Made by a program: the position numbers and the translations under genes. This document shows, in pieces, positions 56,001 through 63,113 of a stretch of 64,000 nt of DNA. Where the stretch lies: assembly GCA_964384675.1 (NCBI GenBank), contig CAYLNK010000002.1, positions 1,516 through 65,515 of the forward strand, in the 5' to 3' direction. The stretch comes from an uncultured Holophagales bacterium (lineage in GTDB: Bacteria > Acidobacteriota > Thermoanaerobaculia > UBA5066). Every line of letters starts with the position of its first letter. Position 1 is the stretch's first letter. The notes beneath the pieces were generated by a model that saw only the letters and a list, made by a program, of their open reading frames with translations, was not told the origin of the DNA and made no database searches.

Positions 56001-58798
56001 CCGAGGTCGGCGGAGCCGGGCGGTGCGACGCGCGTCGTCGACGCCGCGGAGTTGTCGTCCAGGCTCGGGTCCGGCTCGAGCGCGCTGATGCGGGCGCGGT
56101 TGGTGATCTGGGGCGCGGCACCGGCGGTGACCGTGGCGGCGATCGAGAGCGTCACGTCCTGTCCCGGCACCAGGGTGCCGAGCGCGCAGAGGATCGGCGC
56201 CGTGCCGGTGCACGAGCCCTGCCCGGAGGTCGCCGAGACGAGCGTCAGGCCGGCCGGGAGGGTGTCGGCGACGACGGCTCCCGTCGCGGTCGTCGGACCG
56301 TTGTTGCGAGCCGTCAGGACGTACGTGATCCGCTGGCCCGGGATCACCGGATCGGGCGAGGCGGTCGAGCTCAGGCGCAGGTCCGCGAGCCTGTCCGTGA
56401 CCGTGACCGTGGCCGTGAAGCTGTCGGTGGCGCCGCAGCCATCGGAGACGCGCACCCAGTAGCCGGTGGTCACGGACAGCGGCGGGGTCGTGAGGCTGTA
56501 CGACGCGGCGCCCGCGACCGGCCGTCCGGTGTCGCCGCTCGCCCCCTCGTACCACTGGTAGCGGAGCGTCCCCGTCCCCGCGATCGCCGCCACCTCGAGG
56601 ACCGCCGCCGTCCCGGTCAGGACGATGGGGCTCGCGGGCTGCTGCGTGATGGTGGGCAGCGCGCAGCCGCCGATCGCGACGCGCCGGATCCGGTGGTTGA
56701 ACGAGTCGGCGATGAAGATCGAGCCGTCGGAGCCGACGGCGACGCTGCCCGGGCCGTTCAGCTTCGCGGCCGTCGCGGTGCCGCCGTCCCCGGAGAAGCC
56801 CTCCTGGTAGTACGGGTTGCCGCTCCCGGCGACGGTGCCGATCACTCCGGTCGAGGCCGAGATGCGGCGGACGCGGTGGGCGTCGGCGATCAGGAGGTTC
56901 CCGGCGGCGTCGAGCGCGGCGTTCCCGATCGGACCGTTCAGCCGCGCCAGCGTCGCGGTCCCACCGTCGCCGAAGCCGTCGGTGGGGTCGCCGCCGCCGG
57001 CGATCGTCGCGATGGTGCCGTTCGCGGCGACCATCCGGAGCCGGCCGTTGCCGGAGTCGGTGATGATCACGGTGCCGTCGGGCATCGCGAGGACGCCGCT
57101 CGGGACGTTGAGCCGGGCCGAGGTGGCGGGGCCGCCGTCGCCCGAGAACGCCCCGTTCTCGTTCCCGACCGGCCCGCTGCCCGCGACCGTGGAGATGGTT
57201 CCGTCGAGGGCGACCCGGCGGATCCGCTGGTTGTCCCGATCGGCGATGTAGACGACGCCGTTCGCCGCGACGGAGGCGGCGACCGGGTAGTTCAGCTGCG
57301 CGGACGTGGCGGGGCCTCCGTCGCCCAGCTTGTCCTCCGGGGTCCCGCCCCCCGCGATCCGGGCGATCTTCCCGCTCGCCGCGTCGACCTTGAAGACCAT
57401 GCCGTTGAAGCCGTCGACGATGTAGAGGTTCTTCGCGGCGTCGAGCGCCACGCCCCGCGGGAAGCCGATCGCGGCCTCCGTCGCGGGGAGGCTGGCCGCC
57501 GTGTCGAAGTAGTAGCCGCCGTTGCCGGCGGCGGTGGAGACGACGCCCTGGGAGACCTTCCGCACGCGCTGGTCGATGTAGTCCGCGACGTAGAACGTGC
57601 CGTCCGTGCCGAGCGCGATCCCGCGCGGCTCGCGCAGGATCGCCCGGGTGGCGGGCCCTCCGTCGCCCAGGTACTTTCCCGCGCCCGCGACGGTCGAGAC
57701 GAGGGTGGTGGCGGCGTCCACCTTGCGCACGTCGCCGTCCGAGACGTAGAGGTTCCCGGCGGCGTCGAAGGCGAGGCCGTACGGCGCGCGCAGTCCGGCC
57801 TCGACCGCGGGCTTGCCGTCCCCGCCGCCGTACGAGCCGTCCCCGAAGACCGTGGTGATGGTCCCGGTCACCGTGTCGATCCGGCGGATCCGGCCGTGGT
57901 AGCGGTCCGCGACGTGGAGGTACCGGCCCGAGGCGTCGAACGCGAGGAAGGAGGGGACGCGGAAGGTGGCTTGCGTGGCGGGCCCGCCGTCGCCGATCGG
58001 GGGCTCGAAGCTGCCGGTCCCGGCGATCGTGGTGATGGTACGCGTCGCGGCGTCCACGCGCCGGATCCGGTTGTTTCCGGCGTCTGCGATGTAGAGGTTG
58101 CCGGCCGGGTCCAGCGCGAGACCGTACGGGCTGTCCAGCGCGGCCTGCGTCGCCGGCCCGCCATCCCCGGAGAACCCCTGTGTGCCGTTCCCCGCGACGG
58201 TCTCGATCAGACCCGTCGACAGCGTCACCTTCCGGACCCGGTGCTGGTTGTACGCGGTGTCCGTGACGTAGAGGTTGCCGTCCTTGTCCAGGGCGAGCCC
58301 GTTCGGGGAGCCGAGCCCGGCTGATGTCGCGGGACCGCCGTCTCCGACCCCGTCCTGCGGGGAGCCCCCGCCCGCCACGGTGCGGATCTGTCCGGTGGCC
58401 GCGTCGATTCGCCGCACCCGGCCTTCGCCGTTGCTGGAGACGTAGACGTTGCCCGCCTTGTCGATGGCGAGACCGAGGGGCGTGCGGATGGTCGCGCTCG
58501 TCGCCGGGCCGCCGTCCCCGCCGCTGCCGCCGCCGCCGTTCCCGGCGACGTTCCTGACGAGGCCCGTCGCGGCGTCGATCCGGGAGACCCGGTTCGACGC
58601 GTCCTCGGCGATGTAGACGTTCCCGGCGGCGTCGACGGCCAGGCCGGTGGCCGCGTAGAGCCCGACCGTGGTCGCGGGCTGGCCGTCGTTCGAGCCGCCG
58701 CCGGCGATCGTCTGGATCGGCTGGGCAGCGAGCGGAGCGGCCAGGAGCGCGAGGAAGACGGGGATCGAAGCGCGAAGCGCTGCCGGGAGAGTACGCAT
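53063..58798 (-). CDS. Giant secreted NHL-repeat / DUF11-domain surface protein (1911 aa)
   Basis: Start at the ATG at 58798 (SD GAGGTGAGG, signal peptide MRTLPAALRASIPVFLALLAAPLAAQ). More than 25 NHL-type beta-propeller blades (…AGNLYIAD…NRIRRVD…). Then 3-4 DUF11 conserved-repeat domains (ADTLPAGLTLVSATSGQGSCTG…) and a long C-terminal region. The upstream ATG at 58831 uses rare codons. Confidence 0.75.
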   Translation of the reverse strand: MRTLPAALRASIPVFLALLAAPLAAQPIQTIAGGGSNDGQPATTVGLYAATGLAVDAAGNVYIAEDASNRVSRIDAATGLVRNVAGNGGGGSGGDGGPATSATIRTPLGLAIDKAGNVYVSSNGEGRVRRIDAATGQIRTVAGGGSPQDGVGDGGPATSAGLGSPNGLALDKDGNLYVTDTAYNQHRVRKVTLSTGLIETVAGNGTQGFSGDGGPATQAALDSPYGLALDPAGNLYIADAGNNRIRRVDAATRTITTIAGTGSFEPPIGDGGPATQATFRVPSFLAFDASGRYLHVADRYHGRIRRIDTVTGTITTVFGDGSYGGGDGKPAVEAGLRAPYGLAFDAAGNLYVSDGDVRKVDAATTLVSTVAGAGKYLGDGGPATRAILREPRGIALGTDGTFYVADYIDQRVRKVSQGVVSTAAGNGGYYFDTAASLPATEAAIGFPRGVALDAAKNLYIVDGFNGMVFKVDAASGKIARIAGGGTPEDKLGDGGPATSAQLNYPVAASVAANGVVYIADRDNQRIRRVALDGTISTVAGSGPVGNENGAFSGDGGPATSARLNVPSGVLAMPDGTVIITDSGNGRLRMVAANGTIATIAGGGDPTDGFGDGGTATLARLNGPIGNAALDAAGNLLIADAHRVRRISASTGVIGTVAGSGNPYYQEGFSGDGGTATAAKLNGPGSVAVGSDGSIFIADSFNHRIRRVAIGGCALPTITQQPASPIVLTGTAAVLEVAAIAGTGTLRYQWYEGASGDTGRPVAGAASYSLTTPPLSVTTGYWVRVSDGCGATDSFTATVTVTDRLADLRLSSTASPDPVIPGQRITYVLTARNNGPTTATGAVVADTLPAGLTLVSATSGQGSCTGTAPILCALGTLVPGQDVTLSIAATVTAGAAPQITNRARISALEPDPSLDDNSAASTTRVAPPGSADLGVFQSASPSPARATRLLTYTLFIQNNGPAPATNVTLTETLPAGVSPISVTPSLGTCTGTAPITCGLGTIPAGTSRTVTLFVSAPPEPTTLVNRVSVKATEPDPNPTNDQSVLDTVVLPNVAACPPSPPDVVSAPEGLVRAGDSFTVSWTDVYGPTDADGTYRTQLASSADFGAGSILTEIRTRNLALSYPTAATTNGTLFFRVSAIAGCGQESGFSRVVPINVAPNPPSLVVSQEAEPAWTVRVGELPPAATVRFRNVGGSSASVTFRTPDSIFTFSPSSANLAAGQEVTVTLNTLPAAVGSAGTKRGSLVADYPQGSASAEVFLTVTGTRSTGIRPRLDQDELLIVDARTAGRVPLAAPIQTVRVTNPGSSPIFLVPSIGPGGAWLRLDPADFAAELAPGASRDIRLSADPSRITPADYPLPIWTVLSLTPAGGDGGDLAQVKVFYSLENDVVVGNGRGFLAPGEASFIVPTSVHKEGAGGTVFTSDGWLRNLSPDPVSFDVYASPSGQDGQVSATKVTQAIPGFATVRLYDFIQGLFGTTDLAAHVEIRSKSFAQLSLRTTASGLPGTGDVSSRYGTEIPVYGSGSGTGAGLSPLLLTGIKVSDRFRLNIILAETLGTAARVRLRLVGSDGADLGSAEVDVPASGNTQFPLLERLGVSGAVEAASLLVEPISGGGRVTAIGTLIDNFSASFQALSGRFRPAETTATRVPAAPLATPPSPRVIPSIVHSRGGSGTFFTTELSVTNGSASPAALTFIYDYVGDVSGTARVSLTLPPRGSLPAAKGQDVVKNLFGLPDDVNTAGPLRIEGEGIGRVVARASVTTPVEVGNPSRGTKGAEFQSYTAFSPEAVGKARTPVTTYPGLQKYAGIRTNLILAEVSGQKARVRLRVVNGTTGGVLAEIERLLDPWQRVQINDIWNGEGGFGIGSASIDRVAMSLEPIGDEPGFVVGALTVIDNSTASPRVLVLAPPGPPQQASLGF

Positions 58799-58853
58799 GG
58801 CGAACCTCACCTCTAAGTGTAGGTGTCTCACGGCGGACGCGCTGTGAGGGGTC

Positions 58854-60203
58854 TCACCGGGTCTCCGCCTCCCCCCAGGCCCCGACGGCGTCTTCGACGT
58901 GCCCGAGGCTCCTCATGCCGAGGAGGACGACGGCGACTCCGTCCGTCCCGGCGAGGCCGCGAAGGACGCGCTGCGACAGCGTCCTGCCCGGGACGGGACC
59001 GAAGGCGTCCGCGACGAGCCGATCGAGAGCCGCCCGCCGGAGGCCTTCCCCGGCCAGGGCCGGGACGATCGCCTGCGTCGCCGCGGCATGCACCGCCGCG
59101 GTGTAGCGCTCGGCGAACTCGTGGAACGCCTCGTCTCCGGCGAAGGCCTCCGCGAGCTGGGGAAGCGTCTCCTCGAGGCGCGGCGCGATCTCACGGGCGA
59201 AGACGCGGCCCACGTGGATCAGGTCGCGCGCGTCGCGCTCGATTCCCCGGAGGACCGCTCGCGAGGCCAGGAGGTCGTCGGTCGACGCGCCCAGCCGGAG
59301 GAGCGGCGCCCACACGCGTGCGAACTCGGTCTCCGCGGACTCCAGCCTCTCCCAGCCGTCTTCGGGGACGGGATGGACGGGTACGAACGGTGGCCGGGCA
59401 TCGACGAAGCGGCCCGCCCCCGACTGGAGCGGGCGGTTGACGAGGACGTGGAGCCCGGCGGCGCGGGCCACGTCGAGGACGCTACGTCCGTCGCGGGTGT
59501 GGATCGAGTCCCGGGCGCCGAGCTCCGCCGGGTTCATCGGGAGCTGGATCGCGCGGAACCGCGGCCCCGCGACGGACAGGACGCGGGCGAGGTCCACCGC
59601 GCGCGCCTCTCCGCGCGCCAGGACGAGGCCGTTCGAGGAGATGCCGTAGGCCGTGATTCGCCCGGCGTCGGCCTCGTGCTCCAGATGCTCGAAGGCGAGC
59701 CCCAGCCGGGCATAGAAGGCGTCGAGCGCCGCGTCTGCGCCGTGCGAGGGGATGCCCTCGAGGAGGCCCTCGGGGTTGTGGAGGAGGTAGAGATCGACGC
59801 GCTCCTTGCGGAGCCGGGAGAGAGAGGACGAGAGCCGGTCCCCCAGGAACCCGGGCGCGACGCAATATCGGAGTCCTCCGCGTCCCTCGTGGACGTCCCC
59901 CGCCCATCTCGCGCCGGCTGGCTCCCGACCCTTCACGTACCCCGCCTTCGTCACGAGCACGACGTCACGCGCGCCGGTCTCGGCGAGCACCTCCCCGACG
60001 AGCGTCTCGGCGCGCCCGCCGCCGTACGTGGCGGCGGTGTCGATCAGATTGAGGCCGGCCTCGAGGGCTGCCCGAAGAGCTTCCCGGTGAGCCGCGATCC
60101 GGTCGTCCAGCTGGCTGGTCCCGACCCCGACCCGCGAGACGCGGTCGGAGAGCGGAGGGAGAGGTGTGAACGCATTTTCGGAAAGTCGAAGGCGATCCGT
60201 CAT
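58854..60203 (-). CDS. Aldo/keto reductase family oxidoreductase with C-terminal extension
   Basis: AKR N-terminal pattern (VGVGTSQL…LIDTAATYGGGRAE…DVVLVTKAG…). Start taken as the internal ATG at 60203 (MTDRLRLSEN). The ORF-track upstream extension is low-complexity. Confidence 0.65.
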   Translation of the reverse strand: MTDRLRLSENAFTPLPPLSDRVSRVGVGTSQLDDRIAAHREALRAALEAGLNLIDTAATYGGGRAETLVGEVLAETGARDVVLVTKAGYVKGREPAGARWAGDVHEGRGGLRYCVAPGFLGDRLSSSLSRLRKERVDLYLLHNPEGLLEGIPSHGADAALDAFYARLGLAFEHLEHEADAGRITAYGISSNGLVLARGEARAVDLARVLSVAGPRFRAIQLPMNPAELGARDSIHTRDGRSVLDVARAAGLHVLVNRPLQSGAGRFVDARPPFVPVHPVPEDGWERLESAETEFARVWAPLLRLGASTDDLLASRAVLRGIERDARDLIHVGRVFAREIAPRLEETLPQLAEAFAGDEAFHEFAERYTAAVHAAATQAIVPALAGEGLRRAALDRLVADAFGPVPGRTLSQRVLRGLAGTDGVAVVLLGMRSLGHVEDAVGAWGEAETR

Positions 60204-60341
60204 TTCCGGCGGGCCCGCACGGCCGCCGCGACGACGGAGCGAGTCGCCGCGAGACTTCCCGCCTGGTTTCCGGTTGACATGGTTTTCGACCCCCGGATAT
60301 AAGACTACTCTCGGTCTCAACTGGGATAGGAGGAGGAGAGT

Positions 60342-60821
60342 TTGATGCTACCGAAGGCTAGGGTGGAGGGGCTGGTGCTCCGGACCGTCGGGCAGGACCT
60401 CGTCATCTACGACAAGGCCGCCGACAAGAGCCACACGCTCAACGAGACGGCGGCCCTGATTTTCAGGGCGTGCGACGGCACGCGAGGCGTGGCGGAGCTG
60501 GCAGCCCTTCTGCCCGAGGGCGGCGAGGCTTCCGAGCGCGAGTCGCTCGTCTGGTCGGCGATCGCTCAGCTCAACCGGGGCGACCTCCTCGTCGAGAAGG
60601 TCGCGGTCCCGGGCGAAATGAACCGGCGCGAGAGCTTCGCGAAGCTCGCCGCCGCGGTGGCCCTGCCCGTCGTCCTGTCGATGCTGGCTCCCAAGAAGGC
60701 CCAGGCCGTCAGCGGCGACCAGGCGGACGGTGCGCAGGGGAACGACGGGGGCTTGATCATCACGGACGACTCCACGTTCGACGACCCGATCGTCATCGAC
60801 CCGGATCCGATCGACCCCTAG
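60342..60821 (+). CDS. PqqD-family (RiPP recognition element-like) protein with C-terminal hydrophobic segment and Asp/Pro-rich tail
   Basis: Strong SD AGGAGGAGGAGA. Residues about 1-90 follow the PqqD pattern (EGLVLRTVGQDLVIYDKAADKSHTLNETAALIFRACDGTRGVAELAALL). Next comes a signal-peptide-like stretch MNRRESFAKLAAAVALPVVLSMLAPKKAQA. The tail is VSGDQADGAQGNDGGLIITDDSTFDDPIVIDPDPIDP. Confidence 0.65.
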   Translation: MMLPKARVEGLVLRTVGQDLVIYDKAADKSHTLNETAALIFRACDGTRGVAELAALLPEGGEASERESLVWSAIAQLNRGDLLVEKVAVPGEMNRRESFAKLAAAVALPVVLSMLAPKKAQAVSGDQADGAQGNDGGLIITDDSTFDDPIVIDPDPIDP

Positions 60822-60845
60822 GGCTCCGCGAACCGCGCCGACGAG

Positions 60846-60878
60846 CTGGGGCCGCCTTCGGGCGGCTCCTTTCGTTCG
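60846..60878 (+). terminator. Candidate terminator/attenuator hairpin
   Basis: GGGGCCGCC-ttcg-GGCGGCTCC followed by TTTCGTTCG. The T-tract is weak. Confidence 0.3.
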
Positions 60879-60943
60879 ATGCGGCCGCGGGGCGTCCGCT
60901 CGTCTTTCGGGCATCATCCGGCACGGGGGAGGGGACGCGAGGG

Positions 60944-62233
60944 GTGGAGCGAGCCGTACCGAAGCGAGGGAGCATCGACTGGCTGATCCAACCGGTCGAG
61001 AAGACGACCTTCTTCTCCGAGTACTGGGAGACGAGACCGCTGCTCGTCCACCGGGAGGCGCCGGGTCATCTCGACGGGCTCCTCACCATCGCCGACGTCG
61101 ACGAGCTGATCGGCTCGGGCCGCGTCGCGTATCCGACGCTGCGGCTCGTTCGCCAGGGGGTCGAGACGCCTCCCGGTGACTACGAGGTCGAATTCCGGAA
61201 CACCTCCGGTGTCGAACGGCTCGCGGACCCGGGAAAGGTGGCGGACCACTTCCGGAACGGCGGCACGGTTTCCTTGAACCAGGTCCACCGGGTCTTCGCC
61301 GGCGTCGCCGACCTGTGCGCCCGTCTCGAGGGCGACCTCTCGCACACGGTCGAGTCGAACCTCTATCTGACGCCGCCCCACGCCCAGGGCGCGCCGTCCC
61401 ACTACGACGTCGTCGACGTCTTCGTCCTTCAGGTGGAGGGTCGAAAGACCTGGCGGGTCTACGAGGACCCGCCCGTTCCGCTCCCTCTTCCGACCGACCG
61501 AGCCCAGCGCGGCGCGGATCCGGGGCGCGCCGCGACGCTGCTGTTCGAGACGGAGCTGCATCGCGGGGACGTCCTGTACCTCCCTCGCGGCTGGGTGCAC
61601 GAGGCGCGGACGACCAGCGAGACGTCCCTGCACCTCACGGTCGTGGTCGACGTCCTGCGGTACGCGGATCTCGCGAGGATGCTGCTCGAGGACGCGTCGC
61701 GCTCGGGCGGCGGCCTGCGTCGGGCGCTTCCGCCCGGGTTCCTCGGGCCGGCGGCCGGCGTCGACGTGATGCGACGCGAGCTGGCGTCGCTCCTCGACGC
61801 GGCCCTCGACCCCGAGGCGCTGACCTCGGTCGTCCGCCGGCTCCGCCAGAAGCGTCGCTCCGCTCCGCGCTTCCTCATCGGGGGCCGCTTGCTGCAGGCC
61901 GAGGCCGCCGAGCGCGCGACGCCGGTGACGCCTGTCCGGCGGCGAGACGGCCTGCCCCTCGAGATCGAGGCCTCGGACCCGGGAATCACGCTTCACTTCG
62001 CGGGGCGCTCCGTGGAGCTGCCGTCCTTCGCGCAGCCCGTGCTCGACCTGACCCTTTCGGATCGCGCCTTCCGCGCGGTCGACGCCGAGCCGCGGCTCGA
62101 CGCCGGGACCGCGCTGACGCTGCTCCGCTCGCTGGTGCGCGAAGGGGTCCTGGTGATCGACCTCGCCACGGAGCCGCCCGATGGCGCCGGCGCCTCCCGT
62201 TCGCGGTCCTCGACGAGCTCGACGAACCCTTGA
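60944..62233 (+). CDS. JmjC/cupin-4 domain Fe(II)/2-oxoglutarate-dependent oxygenase (RoxA/YcfD-like), paralog 1
   Basis: GTG start with an upstream GGGAGGG. Motif NLYLTPPHAQGAPSHYDVVDVFVLQVEGRKTWRVY with HxD…H iron ligands (HYD, …LPRGWVHEA). C-terminal winged-helix-like region. Confidence 0.75.
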   Translation: MERAVPKRGSIDWLIQPVEKTTFFSEYWETRPLLVHREAPGHLDGLLTIADVDELIGSGRVAYPTLRLVRQGVETPPGDYEVEFRNTSGVERLADPGKVADHFRNGGTVSLNQVHRVFAGVADLCARLEGDLSHTVESNLYLTPPHAQGAPSHYDVVDVFVLQVEGRKTWRVYEDPPVPLPLPTDRAQRGADPGRAATLLFETELHRGDVLYLPRGWVHEARTTSETSLHLTVVVDVLRYADLARMLLEDASRSGGGLRRALPPGFLGPAAGVDVMRRELASLLDAALDPEALTSVVRRLRQKRRSAPRFLIGGRLLQAEAAERATPVTPVRRRDGLPLEIEASDPGITLHFAGRSVELPSFAQPVLDLTLSDRAFRAVDAEPRLDAGTALTLLRSLVREGVLVIDLATEPPDGAGASRSRSSTSSTNP

Positions 62234-62243
62234 GATCCGCGCC

Positions 62244-63113
62244 GTGTCGACGTCCGTGACGCCGCCCTTTCTCGAAGCGGGAGTGGTCGAGGCCTTCGGC
62301 GTGCGGCTCGGCGTGCGCTCGACCGAGCCGGGGACCCTGGAGAAGGTCGAATCGCGGCTTCCCGAGGACCTGACGTTCGTCCCGCACGACGTGGCGTTCT
62401 CCGGGGTCGAGCTCGACGGCACTCTCTCCCTCGTGGTGGACGGCGGCGCGCGGGTTCTCCTCGGCCAGGAGACGGTCGCGCTCGCCGAAGACCCGGCCGC
62501 CGGTGTCGACCGGCTGGTGCCCGAGATCCAGCTCTTCCTCCACGAGTTCGCGAGGACCCACGCCGTCGTGCACGCGGGCGTCGTGGGGGTCCGCGGCGAG
62601 GCGGTGGTCCTGCCGGGGCGCTCGTTCGCGGGGAAGAGCGCGCTCGTGGCGGCCCTGGTCGCCGCCGGCGCGACGTACTACTCGGACGAGCTGGCGGTCT
62701 TCGACGAGCACGGCCGGGTGCACCCGTTCCGCCGTCCCCTCGGCCTCCGGCTCGAGCCGGGCCGCCCCCGGGCTCACGTCCCCGTCGAGGAGCTGGGCGG
62801 CCGGGCCGGGCAGGAGCCCCTGCCGCTGGGACTGGTGCTGGTGACGCGCTACGTCCCGGGCGCGCCGTTCGCGCCGAAGCCGATGCAGCGGTCCGAAGCG
62901 TACCGGTCGCTCGTCCGGCACGCGATCGGCCTTCGCCGCCGTCCGGACCTGGTGACCTCGATCCTGAGCCGCGCCGTCGCCGGGGCTCATTGCTGGGCGA
63001 GCAAGCGCGGCGAGGCCGCGCCGGTCGCCGAGTTCCTGATGCAGCAGGCGCCGAGCACGCGGTTCCCCGTGCCGCGGTACGGCGCGATCCGTTTCGTGGA
63101 GCGACCCCGATGA
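62244..63113 (+). CDS. HPr kinase/phosphorylase C-terminal-domain-like P-loop protein (HprK-related kinase)
   Basis: P-loop GRSFAGKSALVAALVAAGATYYSDELAVF matches the HprK catalytic-domain Walker A context. An alternative ATG at 62181 would overlap the JmjC gene by 53 nt. The next gene overlaps its stop (ATGA). Confidence 0.6.
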   Translation: MSTSVTPPFLEAGVVEAFGVRLGVRSTEPGTLEKVESRLPEDLTFVPHDVAFSGVELDGTLSLVVDGGARVLLGQETVALAEDPAAGVDRLVPEIQLFLHEFARTHAVVHAGVVGVRGEAVVLPGRSFAGKSALVAALVAAGATYYSDELAVFDEHGRVHPFRRPLGLRLEPGRPRAHVPVEELGGRAGQEPLPLGLVLVTRYVPGAPFAPKPMQRSEAYRSLVRHAIGLRRRPDLVTSILSRAVAGAHCWASKRGEAAPVAEFLMQQAPSTRFPVPRYGAIRFVERPR

